The translations under genes and the position numbers were made by a program. 64,000 bases of DNA from Eledone cirrhosa (lineage: Eukaryota): positions 14,818,001 to 14,882,000 of the forward strand of contig OZ024748.1 in the NCBI GenBank assembly GCA_964016885.1, read 5' to 3'. The notes below the pieces were generated by a model. The model ran no database searches. It was given only the letters and a program-made list of their open reading frames with translations, and was not told the DNA's origin. This document shows positions 1 through 13,457 of this stretch, piece by piece. Each line of letters opens with the position of its first letter. Position 1 is the first letter of the stretch.

Positions 1-85
1 CAAGGAAACAACACATCACCCGGTCTGAGAATTGAACTCACAACCTTTCGATTGCAAGCCCAACTAACCACTAAGCCATGCACCT

Positions 86-89
<4 letters not shown>
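1..89 (-). mobile_element. tRNA-derived CORE-type SINE, 5' head (cut by window edge)
   Basis: Reverse complement has A box TGGCTTAGTGGTTAG and B box GTGAGTTCAATTC; matches heads at 1781 and 4083. Confidence 0.85.
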
Positions 90-116
<27 letters not shown>

Positions 117-421
117 CAAATATATATATATACACATACACAAATATATATATATATACACATACACAAATATATATATATATATACACATACACAAATA
201 TATATATATATATACACATACACAAATATATATATATATATACACATACACAAATATATATATATATATACACATACACAAATATATATATATATACACA
301 TACACAAATATATATATATATATATACACAAATATATATATATATATATACACATATATATATATATATACACAAATATATATATATATATATACACAAA
401 TATATATATATATATATACAC

Positions 422-452
<31 letters not shown>

Positions 453-465
453 TATATATATATAT

Positions 466-506
<41 letters not shown>

Positions 507-555
507 AATATATATATGAATACTTATCTATATCTGTGTCTATGTGTCATTGTAC

Positions 556-606
<51 letters not shown>
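90..606. repeat. Compound (TA)n/(CA) microsatellite with CACATACACAAA(TA)n subunits
   Basis: Direct inspection; source of YI-repeat ORFs. Confidence 0.95.
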
Positions 607-614
<8 letters not shown>

Positions 615-797
615 TACAATGCTTCATAAAATGTTTCCTAGAATTAATTATTCATATGCAAATATCATTACACGATAAAGAGAAAATGAATCTAGTTTTA
701 TTTTTAACTGACTACTCTTTCTTATAAAAGTACATTTTGGGTTCAGCTAGGTTAAGTCCCTAATGCATGGCAACAGGAATCTGTCTCCATATGTATG

Positions 798-1125
798 AAT
801 GCATGTGGCTCTGTAGTTAGAGTGGTTATCCTATGATTGTAAGGTCATGAATTTGATTGCTAGCAGTGTAATGTGTCCTTGAGCAAGATACTTTATTTCC
901 TGTTGCTCGAATCCACTCAGATTGAAAAAAAGAGTGTTATCTGTTATTGAAAGGATTAACCTTGTCACACACTGTGTCAGGAAGAATGGCAGAATCATCT
1001 TAAAATGTATTGTACAATTGCATGTTTCTGTGCAAAGATCAACCACTTAGATGATAATTATCCAATGTAACCTGATCAATTGATCAAACACTTGGAACAC
1101 TGAACATCAGAAAATGTAGATGTCC
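798..1125 (+). mobile_element. Degenerate tRNA/CORE SINE with long tail (same family as 36620-36945)
   Basis: A/B box relics, GTGTCCTTGAGCAAGATACTTTATTTC core, tail CCTTGTCACAC...TTGGAACACT. Confidence 0.75.
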
Positions 1126-1339
1126 AACACACAGACACACATATCTCCACCTGTAATAGAGTCACCTGTGTTTTGATTGGCAGCTTGACCCTCCCAAATT
1201 ACAACAATACCTGTTTCAACACATGATTTCACATAAAGAATCATGCAAAATAGATACACAAATGATATACATATATATATATATATATATATATGTATAC
1301 ACACACACATATATATACACACACACATATACATATATA

Positions 1340-1522
1340 TATCATCATCATCATAATCATCATCTTCATTTAACATCCATCTTCCACGCTAGAATGGGTT
1401 AGACGGGAGTTGTCCCATTTGAGGCAAGGTTGGTCGGGTGACCGAGTCTCGCTCATATAGGACTATCTGGCAGGTTTTCTACGGCTGGATGCCCTTCCTA
1501 ACACCAACCACATTTACAGTGT
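1340..1522 (-). mobile_element. RTE LINE 3' UTR fragment with (GAT)n tail
   Basis: TACGGCTGGATGCCCTTCCTAACACCAACC and TTAACATCCATCTTCCACGCTAG match the 3' UTR of RTE copies at 24320 and 40693. Confidence 0.8.
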
Positions 1523-1533
1523 CGAACTGATAC

Positions 1534-1577
<44 letters not shown>

Positions 1578-1670
1578 AACAAATAGTGATGATGATATAT
1601 ATATAACACACACACACATATATATATATATATATGTATGTGACATAAAACATTGATAATGATAATGATG

Positions 1671-2108
<438 letters not shown>

Positions 2109-2598
2109 ATAAATGGCATTATGCAGACTTAACTATAATAGGTGTAGAGGGAAATGCTAAGATTAGATTTAATCATCCAAGTCAACAAACCATATATATC
2201 AAAACTGCACCAGAAAACACAATAAGGAGGTAGTTTCTATTTAGAATTTGTTTTCATTAATAAAATTATTATAAACAATGAGATAGTATCACCACTAGTT
2301 AAAACAGGAAACTAAATGAAAAAAATATTATTTCTATTAAGTCTACAATTCTCTTGAGTCATTATACACAAAATTAGGATACTTCCACAATAGATTTCAA
2401 ATGAGGCAGGAATAAGTTTCTATTAGCTCTTAACATCCCTTACTGCATGAAACTGCCATTAGCAAGGTATTATTGAAAAGTAGAAAACATTACTATGAAG
2501 GCATTACATTAAGAATTAAAAGTCTTTACTGCTGTAAATTGGCACAGTAATCTGTGCAGTAGTAAAGATACACTAACCATTTGAATTCACAAACTGGT

Positions 2599-2661
<63 letters not shown>

Positions 2662-2875
2662 CAGTGAGAGAGAGAGAGGGATTGCCTAAATGTATGGTTA
2701 TATTCACAAAAGAGTCCTCAATATGTAATCATAGAGGTAAATATATCCTATAATGTATAAAATACATGACAAACTGGCATATACCTTCTAAGATACTTAG
2801 AGTTTTCCGAAGTTAGTTTTACTTCATTCTTCAGCCTGTAAATATATATAGATACATATATATATGAAACAATTC

Positions 2876-2923
2876 AGGACCCTGATGGCTGAGCTCCAGC
2901 CATTTCAACAGCTAGATCTGACC
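2876..2923 (-). mobile_element. Decayed Penelope-like terminus (family B), hammerhead stem III relic
   Basis: Similar to 39575-39632; reverse complement GAAATGGCTGGAGCTCAGCCATCAGGG keeps a 7-bp stem. Confidence 0.55.
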
Positions 2924-3010
2924 TTAAGTACTGTATATATACTCACACCACTGAGTGTTAATCAAGACATTGAAGATATGTGAAACAGTGGTGATAGTAA
3001 ATTCATATAT

Positions 3011-3180
3011 ATCATCATCATCATAATACGTCTGCTTTTCCCTGCTTGCAAGGGTGGGACGGGTCCTATTCAGCACAGCATCTCTCCACTTGTCACGGTC
3101 CTTCATCTTCTCCCCCGTGAGCTTCAGCGAACTGAGGTCTGCTCTCACCACCTCCGCCCATGTTTTTCGTGGTCTTCCTC

Positions 3181-3184
<4 letters not shown>
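3011..3184 (-). mobile_element. RTE LINE 3' end (family RTE-A), 5'-truncated
   Basis: Encodes RGRPRKTWAEVVRADLSSLKLT...DRDKWRDAVL, then (GAT)n tail. Confidence 0.9.
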
Positions 3185-3211
<27 letters not shown>

Positions 3212-3213
3212 AC

Positions 3214-3289
<76 letters not shown>

Positions 3290-3723
3290 GGTTCTACAAC
3301 TACAATACAAGGAGAAATCTAAATCTATTGACTCGTGTATTGAGTGAAGAGACCAACATGGCTTAAATGTGGTTAAGTCTTACATCTAAGGATAAATTAA
3401 TGTTTTAAGAGTTGTATTTTACGTTAGTTGTCCTATCTTTCTCTCTTTCTCTTGGTGAGGTATACTCATCTTTAATCCTCATTTCCACCTCCACCTCCTA
3501 TCACATACACCCAACTCATTTATCACATACATCAGAAACAGCTGATAGCTCCTACAATATACATACATGTTCCATTCCTATTAATACAGCCACACAATCA
3601 ATATTCAGAGCTGACATCCTTTCATTAGGAAGTTATTAAAGGCAATTAACTTCCAAAGAGGAATATTTTAATTTGTATGAATATATCAATTAAAATACCA
3701 ATAGACCCAACTATAGTGTACAT

Positions 3724-3755
<32 letters not shown>

Positions 3756-3801
3756 TTGTTTTTGAATTTGTTTTGTAAGAAAAACGTGGGTTTAAACAGA
3801 T

Positions 3802-4010
3802 ATTGTTATAAGGGAGGGTAATGCTGCCAATAAAACACAAGCACCTGTTGGTTTTCACTTCAATTTATTATTATAAATTTCTGGTTGTTTTGTTCGATAA
3901 CCGGAAGGTTGTTTATATATATTGTCAAAGCTCTTTCGTCACACATTGAAGTGAAAACCAACAGGTACATGTGTTTTTATTGGCAGCATGACCCTCCCAA
4001 AGTATAACAA
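3802..4010. mobile_element. Penelope-like terminal fragment (family A) with inverted arms
   Basis: 3802-3863 is an inverted copy of 3945-4010; partial hammerhead-like GTGACGAAAGAGCTTTGAC on minus strand at 3924-3946. Confidence 0.6.
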
Positions 4011-4082
4011 TGTATATATATATCAAATGAAATACCAATACACCCAACTATAGTGTATATTGTATATATATATATATATGAT

Positions 4083-4415
4083 GGAGGCACATGGCTTAGT
4101 GGTTAGAGCATTGGCCTTGCAATCGAATGGTTGAGTTCAATTCTCAGACTGGGTGATGTGTTGTTTCCTTGAGCAAGACACTTTATTTCACATTGCTCCA
4201 GTTTACTCAGCTGTAGAAATGAGATGATAGGGACTGGGGTCCATATCATTCCACTGTAAAGTGGCCGTGGAGGTGCCACGGCAAAAAAGCACCCAGCACT
4301 CACTGTAAATGAGGTTGGTGTTAGGAAGGGCATCCAGCTGTAGAAATTAAGCCAGAATCAGTTCCTGTCCCACCCTTGCAAGCAGGGAAAAGCGGATGTA
4401 AAATGAAATGATGAT
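4083..4415 (+). mobile_element. Full-length tRNA/CORE SINE with RTE-derived tail
   Basis: Near-identical to 1781-2108. Confidence 0.9.
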
Positions 4416-5163
4416 ATATACAAAATGATATACCAATACACCCAACTATAGAGTACATTGTCATCATCATCATCACCACTTGATGTCCATTTTCCACGCT
4501 AGCTAAGTTACTTTCTAAGTAATGAAATAATTAAAAATGTTAGTAAATCCCTCAAAATTCTTCATTAATGTCAGTAAAATAGAGAATATTTCATTAAAAA
4601 TATGGCAAATGGGTAAATATATTTCACTCCCCTTCGACTCACATATACACATAAAGAGAGCAGGCTGCCCCTGCTACATTTGTCTTGCCTCCTCATCAAC
4701 ACCAATCTAATTATATAATTATTGCTATAGCAATATCATGGGGGGAGGAAGTGGGAACGTGGGGTAGAGGAGAGTATCCAGTTGCATGAGATATATATCA
4801 TGGAGGGTATATTTAATAAGCCAACAGGATTCCTGCAGAGGAAGCAACTATAGGAGACCTCTTTTATCAGATAAAACACTTAACTTCTCAGAAAGACATG
4901 TTAAATGTCAAAGGATGGGGCTGGAGGAAGAAAAGAACAAAATATGAAAATGTTAAAATCTGCATCAGAAATTCTTCTTGTATTCTTTTACTAGTTTCAA
5001 TCATTAGACTGGGGCCATACTGGGGCACCACATTCTTTTATTATTTTACTAGTTTCTGCCATTAGACCATGGCGATGGCCAAATTTGACTTGCAAGGCTT
5101 TTGTCAACTCAAGATTATAGTTACATATGTGTAATATTATATGTATGTATTCATACATATATG

Positions 5164-5346
5164 GGGTGAATTGGCAGTACCGGTAAAGGGTCGGACATGC
5201 TTTCCAGCATAGTTACGTCCCTTTACATTCTGAGTTCAAATCCCGCCGAGGTTAACTTTGCCTTCTATCCTTACGGGGTCGATAAAATAAAGTACCAGTA
5301 ATGTACTGGGTTATTGCTGGCCTTGTGCCAAAAGTAGAAACAATTA
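5164..5346 (+). mobile_element. tRNA-derived SINE with Meta-like central domain
   Basis: B box CTGAGTTCAAATCCCGCC, GTTAACTTTGCCTTCTATCCTTACGGGGTCGATAAAATAAAGTACCAG, tail GCTGGCCTTGTGCC...AGAAACAATTAT. Confidence 0.85.
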
Positions 5347-6195
5347 TATGTATGTATTCATATTTAAATATGAATGCATGTATTAGTCTGATATAGTCAT
5401 GTATTTGTACATTTATATATGTGTTGTTATATGTATGTGAGTGCATGTGTGTACATGTTTACTCTGTGCTCAAGTCATGTTTGTTATGTTAGTCATATAT
5501 TAGTATGTCTTTCATATATATGTGTATAATGTCCGTTATTCTTTATATGTGTATGTTTATGCTGTTTTACATATATGTATGTCTATGTTATTTTTCACAG
5601 ATGCGTATGTCTATATTTTCTCTCTTCATTCAAGAGAGTGTGTCTATTTTTATCCTTCTTCAAATGTGTGTCTATCTATGTTTGCTTTATTCATGTGTGT
5701 GTATCTGACTATTTCCTTCTTCATTTGTGTGTTGTATCAGTCAATTTCGTTTTTCATGTATGGCAGTCTATTTTTATCCTTCCACTCGATTAAATAATAT
5801 TATGAAGTATTTAAAAACAGATAAAAAATATTTCTAAAAAACTATTCTTTATGCCTAATCTCCCTCTTCCCCACCAGTTCAATATCACAAATTTGTTAGA
5901 AATGTTTTCATTTTGACCTCAGAATTTCTTGTTTGATCGAGAAAATGTGAAGTTCTTGTCAGTAAAATAATTTCTAAAAAAACATATTTCCACTAGCAAC
6001 GACACAAGATAGAATTGGTGTCTGTGTACATGTTTGAAAAGTAACAGAAAAAAAAATTTTAATCGAAAACAATTTAAAAATTGGAATAAAAGCTTGGAAG
6101 AAAATGTATAAATATAATATAATAAAAATTGGATTGAAGACCAATAACAAACCAATGTTAAAAATTTAAGAAATTCAATCCACCAGTCTCCTCAC

Positions 6196-6440
6196 ATATA
6201 TATATAATATATATAATATATATATATAATATATATATAATATATATATAAATATATATAATATATATATAATATATATATAATATATATATAATATATA
6301 TATAAATATATATAAATAAATATGTTATATATATATTTATATATATATATATTATATATATATAAATATATATAAATAAATATGTTATATATATATTTAT
6401 ATATATATATTATATATATATAAATATATATATTATATAT

Positions 6441-6474
<34 letters not shown>

Positions 6475-6742
6475 AATATATATAAATAAATATGTTATAT
6501 ATATATTTATATATATATATATTATATATATATAAATATATATAAATAAATATGTTATATATATATTTATATATATATATATTATATATATATAAATATA
6601 TATAAATAAATATGTTATATATATATTTATATATATATATTATATATATATAAATATATATATTATATATATATATATATAATATATATATATATATATT
6701 ATATATATATATATAATATATATATATATATATAATATATAT

Positions 6743-6808
<66 letters not shown>
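6196..6808. repeat. AT-only tract with ~60-bp higher-order unit
   Basis: TATAAATATATATAAATAAATATGTTATAT recurs at 6301, 6361, 6471, 6531, 6591. Confidence 0.9.
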
Positions 6809-6812
<4 letters not shown>

Positions 6813-7164
6813 CATCATCACCATCATCGTTTAACATCCATCTTGCACGCTAGCATGTGTTAGACCGTTTTGTGATCTGGTGTCACAAAGTGTATTCATT
6901 GTTGTTATTTATGCTGGGATGTTTGCTAAACATTTTTTTAAACACATGTTAACAAAGATTTTTGAAAATTGAGTTGGTGTTGTTTCAGGTGTATATGAGG
7001 ACACTGATGTTTTCTTTTCTTTCTTTCTACCTCACAATTGAGTTATCTCCAATATACCAACATCATACCGATTCAATAATGTAGGTAATTCTTAAATATT
7101 GATGTCTCAATGTTTTCAGCATCAGCTTCTTTTCATGACAAATGTTTCCAATGTAAGTGGCTGC

Positions 7165-7252
<88 letters not shown>

Positions 7253-7871
7253 AGAGAGAGAGGGAGTGATGCAAAATCTGGACTGCAGTGCCAAGTGGTT
7301 TTGTGTGACATAAGCTAAAACTGCTTGGCACTGTGGTCAGAATGTTACATATCTCTATACCTACTCTGCATGTCCCCATGCATTGACTAATCCCATGATG
7401 TGGTCTTGCCAGTCTCAGTACTCCAGATGCCACTCCTTCTCTCTCTCTCTATATATATACACACACACACACACACATTCATACATATGGACAGTGAGGG
7501 CTGACGCTATTTCAGTGCTGAAGAAGATCCGTCCTGCAGCATACAATGTGACCTGACTTACCCCCAGCATCCACTTGCACTCCCTAACAGTTATTCTCAA
7601 CATCACTATCTTGATGATGACGATGATAAAACACCATATGTATGGTGTTACTAAGACCATATGTATTTAAGACCTTTATTCAGTATAGTGCTCCATACTT
7701 TTATCTAAATTAGGGTGTATGTATTTAATGACATGTAAACTCCACAATGAATCTGAAACCGATACTAGCATTCAAACAGTTTAAGCTTACATGTCTTTAG
7801 CAGCCCCTCCACCATATATGTACACACACATGCCCACACACACACATACACACATATATATATATATAATA

Positions 7872-8063
7872 TAAGTCATTCTGGGTTGAATTGGAGGTAA
7901 CCACAGTAAGTAAGGCACTCAATACATAGCAGAGTATAAAAGTTTTAATATAGAAGAGCTTCTACAGGACTAGAACTGTTTCATTCATGAGAAATCATCA
8001 GGGAACTCCCTGATGATTTCTCACGAATGAAACAGTTCTAGTCCTGTAGAAGCTCTTCTATAT
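7872..8063. mobile_element. Penelope-like terminus (family C) forming a 57-bp-arm hairpin
   Basis: Arms 7948-8004 and 8007-8063, one mismatch; contains CTGATGA-TTTCTCACGAAT-GAAAC. Confidence 0.65.
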
Positions 8064-8647
8064 ATATATATATATAATATATATAGATATGAAAAATACA
8101 AGACTATTCCAAAATATTTTTTATAACAATTTAGAAAAATCAGAGATATATATATTACTGTATTTAATGAGATTTAAAAATCCAATATAGAAAAAAATAC
8201 GATAAATGAGAAAGAATGTGAGAGGGGGAGAAGAGAATGGGAGTGAGGAATATTGCCTATATAACAGCATAACAATATAATCAATCAATACAAACAAAAC
8301 ATTAAAAAGAACCTACTTCAATGAACAAAATTGGACATTTGGTAATTTTAACAATATATCTGGGGAAGGAAGAGAGAGGGAAACAGAGAGGAGAGAGAGA
8401 AACAGTTGCAATTGCATTGGCTAGCTTTCAAAAGACATGACATTTCCTATGACCACTGAATAAATTGAATTGAACTAAAGATAAAGAAAAAAAAATAGAA
8501 ACAAGAGAACAATGGACATTAGAGAGAGGAACAAATTGAAAGTGAAGCTTAAAATTAACGAACAACAACAATAAAATTGCAATTTTCAATACAATAAATA
8601 TGGTTTCATTCCCTTTGGAAAGACTGTAATTTTTTTATTTTTTTATT

Positions 8648-8725
8648 TTGTAAATTATTAAGGTTTAATTTGTAAATTATTAAGGTTTAATTTGTAAATT
8701 ATTAAGGTTTAATTTGTAAATTATT
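8648..8725. repeat. 22-bp tandem repeat, ~3.5 copies
   Basis: TTGTAAATTATTAAGGTTTAAT repeated. Confidence 0.9.
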
Positions 8726-9042
8726 TTACTGGTTTCAGTCATTAGACAACTGAGGCCATGTAGAGGCACAGCCTTAAGGGGATTTTAAACAATCATATTA
8801 ACCCAAATATTTATTTTTTCATACCTGGTATTTTGTCTGTCTCTCTTTTTGTCTTAAATGGAAACAAACATATGGGCTGACAAATACAGACATATATACA
8901 CATGCATATGTACATACATACTCAGTGGCAATTTTAATCACTCTGACAATCTAGGGAGATGGTCAAAAGAGGGCCTTGTCACTTTAGGTAGAAATTTTGT
9001 TCTGTGTATAAATATGAATAAATAATTTATATATATATACAT

Positions 9043-9063
9043 TGGGTGGTTTATGCCTCCAAT

Positions 9064-9102
<39 letters not shown>

Positions 9103-9200
9103 CATTACTTAATTTTGTAACTGGATGGTTGTATAATTGTTGTCATGTTAACTGTCAAAGCACTTTCGTCGCACATCCTGTGACCTCCTCAATGTCTATT
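9043..9200 (-). mobile_element. Penelope-like terminus (family A) with near-complete hammerhead-like motif
   Basis: Reverse complement of 9154-9196: GACA-TTGAGGA-GGTCACAGGATGTGCGAC-GAAA-GTGCT-T-TGAC. Confidence 0.6.
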
Positions 9201-9777
9201 CTTGTTACTCCGTGTCTCTTCTTAGCTGGGGCTATAATAAGTAGATAGAAGACACTAGCTCAAGATTTCAGCTTTCAGTGTGGCTGAAACTTAAAGCTTG
9301 CGGTAGCGAAGCAGCAAACTTCTTAAGCACAAAGCCAGGCCAACACCAAATAAACAAAGACATAAACACAGTACAGTGAAAAGAAAACAACACCAACAAC
9401 AACCACAACAACAAAAACTACAACGACAACCACAATAAACAAACTGCAATCTTCAATGCAATAAATATGGTTTTGATCTCTTTGCAAAGATTGTTGGGAT
9501 TTTAAAAAAAAATTCTTTAAAGATATTTGTTTTATTCATCAATTTGTTTTCGATTTGTTTGTTTATTATGTTTTTTTTTAATTAAAAAGAATGTTATAAA
9601 AATAAATGAATACATGATAACAATGATGGAGGGATTTGAAATAAATAAATCAAATTTACCTTCTGCTTGATCTCGGCTTTTAAATTATTTTCTCTCACAA
9701 AAAAAATGTAAAGGAGATTTTTTTTTTTTTTTTTCATTTTTCCCCCTTTTGTAATATTTATAACAATTGATGTATTT

Positions 9778-10318
9778 TACCATCACCACTACTGTCATCC
9801 TCATCAGCACCACCACCACCACCATCATTATCATCATCATCCTCATCCTCATCATTACCATCATCATTACTGTCCTCATCACCATCACCATTACCATCCA
9901 CATCACTACCATCACCACCATCATCATCACCACTGTTATCACATCATCACCATCATTATTATTATTATTATTATTATTATTGTTGTTTTTATCATTATCA
10001 TAGTTGTAGTTATATCTATCATCATCATCATCATCAACATTATCATCAGTTTCCATCACCAAACATTATCATCATCATCACCAACACTACCACCACCACC
10101 ACCACCACCACTTTCCTCATCATCATTATCACCAACAGCACCACCACCACAACTACGGTTTCCATCTGCACCATAGCTGCCGCTGCCACTGCCACAGCTA
10201 TCAACAACAACATCATTACAACCGCCATAAACACCACCACTTCATCATCATCATCATCATCATCATTATCACCAACACTACCACCACCACTTTCATTATC
10301 ATCATCGTCATCACCATT
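9778..10318. repeat. Degenerate (CAT/CAC/TAT)n trinucleotide tract
   Basis: Direct inspection. Confidence 0.9.
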
Positions 10319-10410
10319 CCTATTTCATTAATTTAATATGTTTAGCAATGATTTCCTTTCTCTGTTTTTATATCTTACATAATTTTCTTCCATTTTGTTT
10401 GTCAACAAAT

Positions 10411-12250
10411 CTATTTCTCTCTCTCTCTGCTACTGCCACCATGGAGTGGACATTGAGGTACCAAACCAGTATCAGATCACTAAAAGTATTTCTCTCTCTG
10501 CCAGTATCACCATGGAGTGGACATTGAGGTACCAAACCACTATCAGATTCCTAATAGTATTTCTCTCACTGCCAGAGTCACAATGGAGTGGACATTGAGG
10601 TACCAAACCAGTATCAGATCCCTAAACGTATTTCTCTCTCTGCTAGTGCCACCATGGAGTGGACATTGAGGTACCAAACCAGTATCAGATCCCTAAAAGT
10701 ATTTCTCTCACTGCCACAGTCACAATGGAGTGGACATTGAGGTACCAAACCAGTATCAGATCCCTAAAAGTATTTCTCTCACTGCCAGAGTCACAATGGA
10801 GTGGACATTGAGGTACCAAACCAGTATCAGATCCCTAAAAGTATTTCTCTCACTGCCAGAGTCACAATGGAGTGGACATTGAGGTACCAAACCAGTATCA
10901 GATCCCTAAAAGTATTTCTCGCTCTGCTAGTGTCACCACGGAGTGTTTATTGAAGTACCAAACTAGTGTCAGATCCCTAAAAGTATTTCTCTCACTGCCA
11001 GAGTCACAATGGAGTGGTCATTGAGGTACCAAACCAGTATCAGATCCCTAAAAGTATTTCTCGCTCTGCTAGTGTCACCACGGAGTGTTTATTGAGGTAC
11101 CAAACTAGTGTCAGATCCCTAAATGTATTTCTCTCACTGCCAGTGTCACAATGGAGTGGTCATTGAGGTACCAAACCAGTATCAGATCCCTAAAAGTATT
11201 TTTCTCTCTGCTAGTGTCACCACGGAGTGTTTATTGAGGTACCAAACTAGTGTCAGATCCCTAAATGTATTTCTCTCACTGCCAGTATCACAATGGAGTG
11301 GTCATTGAGGTACCAAACCAGTATCAGATCCCTAAAAGTATTTTTCTCTCTGCTAGTGTCACCACGGAGTGTTTATTGAGGTACCAAACTAGTGTCAGAT
11401 CCCTAAATGTATTTCTCTCACTGCCAGTATCACAATGGAGTGGTCATTGAGGTACCAAACCAGTATCAGATCCCTAAAAGTATTTTTCTCTCTGCTAGTG
11501 TCACCACGGAGTGTTTATTGAGGTACCAAACTAGTGTCAGATCCCTAAATGTATTTCTCTCACTGCCAGTATCACAATGGAGTGGTCATTGAGGTACCAA
11601 ACCAGTATCAGATCCCTAAAAGTATTTCTCGCTCTGCTAGTGTCACCACGGAGTGTTTATTGAGGTACCAAACTAGTGTCAGATCCCTAAATGTATTTCT
11701 CTCACTGCCAGTATCACAATGGAGTGGTCATTGAGGTACCAAACCAGTATCAGATCCCTAAAAGTATTTTTCTCTCTGCTAGTGTCACCACGGAGTGTTT
11801 ATTGAGGTACCAAACTAGTGTCAGATCCCTAAATGTATTTCTCTCACTGCCAGTATCACAATGGAGTGGTCATTGAGGTACCAAACCAGTATCAGATCCC
11901 TAAAAGTATTTTTCTCTCTGCTAGTGTCACCACGGAGTGTTTATTGAGGTACCAAACTAGTGTCAGATCCCTAAAAGTATTTCTCTCACTGCCAGTGTCA
12001 CAATGGAGTGGTCATTGAGGTACCAAATCAGTATCAGATCCCTAAAAGTATTTCTCTCTCTGCTAGTGTCACCACGGAGTGTTTATTGAGGTACCAAACT
12101 AGTGTCAGATCCCTAAACATATTACTCTCTCTGCCAGTGTCACAATGGAGTGTTTATTGAGGTACCAAACTACTGTCAGATCCTCAAACACATTTCTCTC
12201 TTTTCCAGTGTCACAACGGAGCATTTATTGAGGTACTAAACCAGTGTCAG
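10411..12250. repeat. 71-bp satellite, ~26 copies, 142-bp dimeric higher-order repeat in distal part
   Basis: GAGGTAC recurs every 71 bp from 10456 to 12230; A and B variants alternate from ~10880. Confidence 0.97.
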
Positions 12251-12431
12251 AGTGTCAGATAAAGTTAGTGTGTCAATGGGGTGTGATGTGGGGAAAATGT
12301 AGCATATAATATAAGGGTACCCTGCTTAGTTTTTATAATGTGATAGACATGGCCTAACACTTGCTAGCAGCGAAAGTGGAAGTTAAAAGGACAATGATGA
12401 TGATGATGATGATAATGATGATGATCGTGAT

Positions 12432-12578
12432 GACCATGTGGTTAAGGTGTTTGCTTTGCAACCACATGGAAGTGGGTTCAGTCCAATTGCATGGCACTTT
12501 TGGTAAGTGTCTTCTATTATATTATTGTATATCCTTCAGCTGACTAATGCCTTGGGAGTAGAATTTGGTAGACAGAAA
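12432..12578 (+). mobile_element. Degenerate tRNA-derived SINE (third head type)
   Basis: TGTGGTTAAG A box, GGGTTCAGTCC B box, CORE-like GGTAAGTGTCTTCTA, GAATTTGGTAGACAGAAAC. Confidence 0.6.
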
Positions 12579-13206
12579 CAACATCGTTTTTATGTTGGTT
12601 TTTCCTCATCTGCATGGGTGTATATATAAGAGAGGGGGAGAGACAGACACTACAGACCAGTCTGAGTGGTGTTTCAACTGCATACCATGGACAAAATAGC
12701 AAAGGCATAACCACAGGGAATAACCAGAGACACCCACTGTGTCAGCTACACCACTTAATATTCCCCAAATCATTTGAAAATAATAGGTAGTCTCATTAGT
12801 AATATGCTATCAAAAGGTCTAAAACCTCTGGGACATATCAACGATACTGTTTGGTTGCTAATAACAACCAATGTTTAGGTAAAACTAGCTAAATTGCTAA
12901 AAGCAAAAAAATACATGAATAATAAAAAGAAAAAAAAGGGTAAAATATAAAATGAAATATTTTTTTTTTACATGAATGATAATAAAAAAAAAAAAATAAT
13001 ACTGTTCAATACTCAATAAATCAATCAGTGAAGAATTTCAGAAATGTGTACTCAACAGATCAATCACTAGTGGTGTTGTCTTGTAAATATTGTCTAGGTT
13101 GTCTTGTAACATTGACACAACTATATATAGCTTCAAAATGTCGCATAAGTTATATAAGTTATATGCTAAAATTATACACACATACATATGTGTGTGTATA
13201 TATATA

Positions 13207-13258
<52 letters not shown>

Positions 13259-13274
13259 CATAAATATACACACA

Positions 13275-13352
13275 CAGGGTTTTCCCAAAAAATATATACA
13301 CACTTCAACAGCATTCTAACAAAAGTGTATATATATTTTTTCGGACACCCTG
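13275..13352. mobile_element. 78-bp Tc1/mariner-type MITE
   Basis: TIRs CAGGGTTTTCCCAAAAAATATATACAC / GTGTATATATATTTTTTCGGACACCCTG followed by TA. Confidence 0.7.
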
Positions 13353-13457
13353 TATATGTGTATGTATATTATATGATGTGTGTCTATATTATATATGGGT
13401 GTGTGTGTGTATATATATATATATTTATATATATATATATGTGTGTGTATGTGTGTG

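Noticed and set aside
9685-10240. Met/Val- and Thr/Ile-rich ORFs
   Set aside because: Degenerate (CAT/CAC)n microsatellite
10411-12250. 71-bp array as CRISPR array, tRNA cluster or repeat-protein gene
   Set aside because: No unique spacers, no A/B boxes or cloverleaf, unit not a multiple of 3, stops in all frames; eukaryotic context
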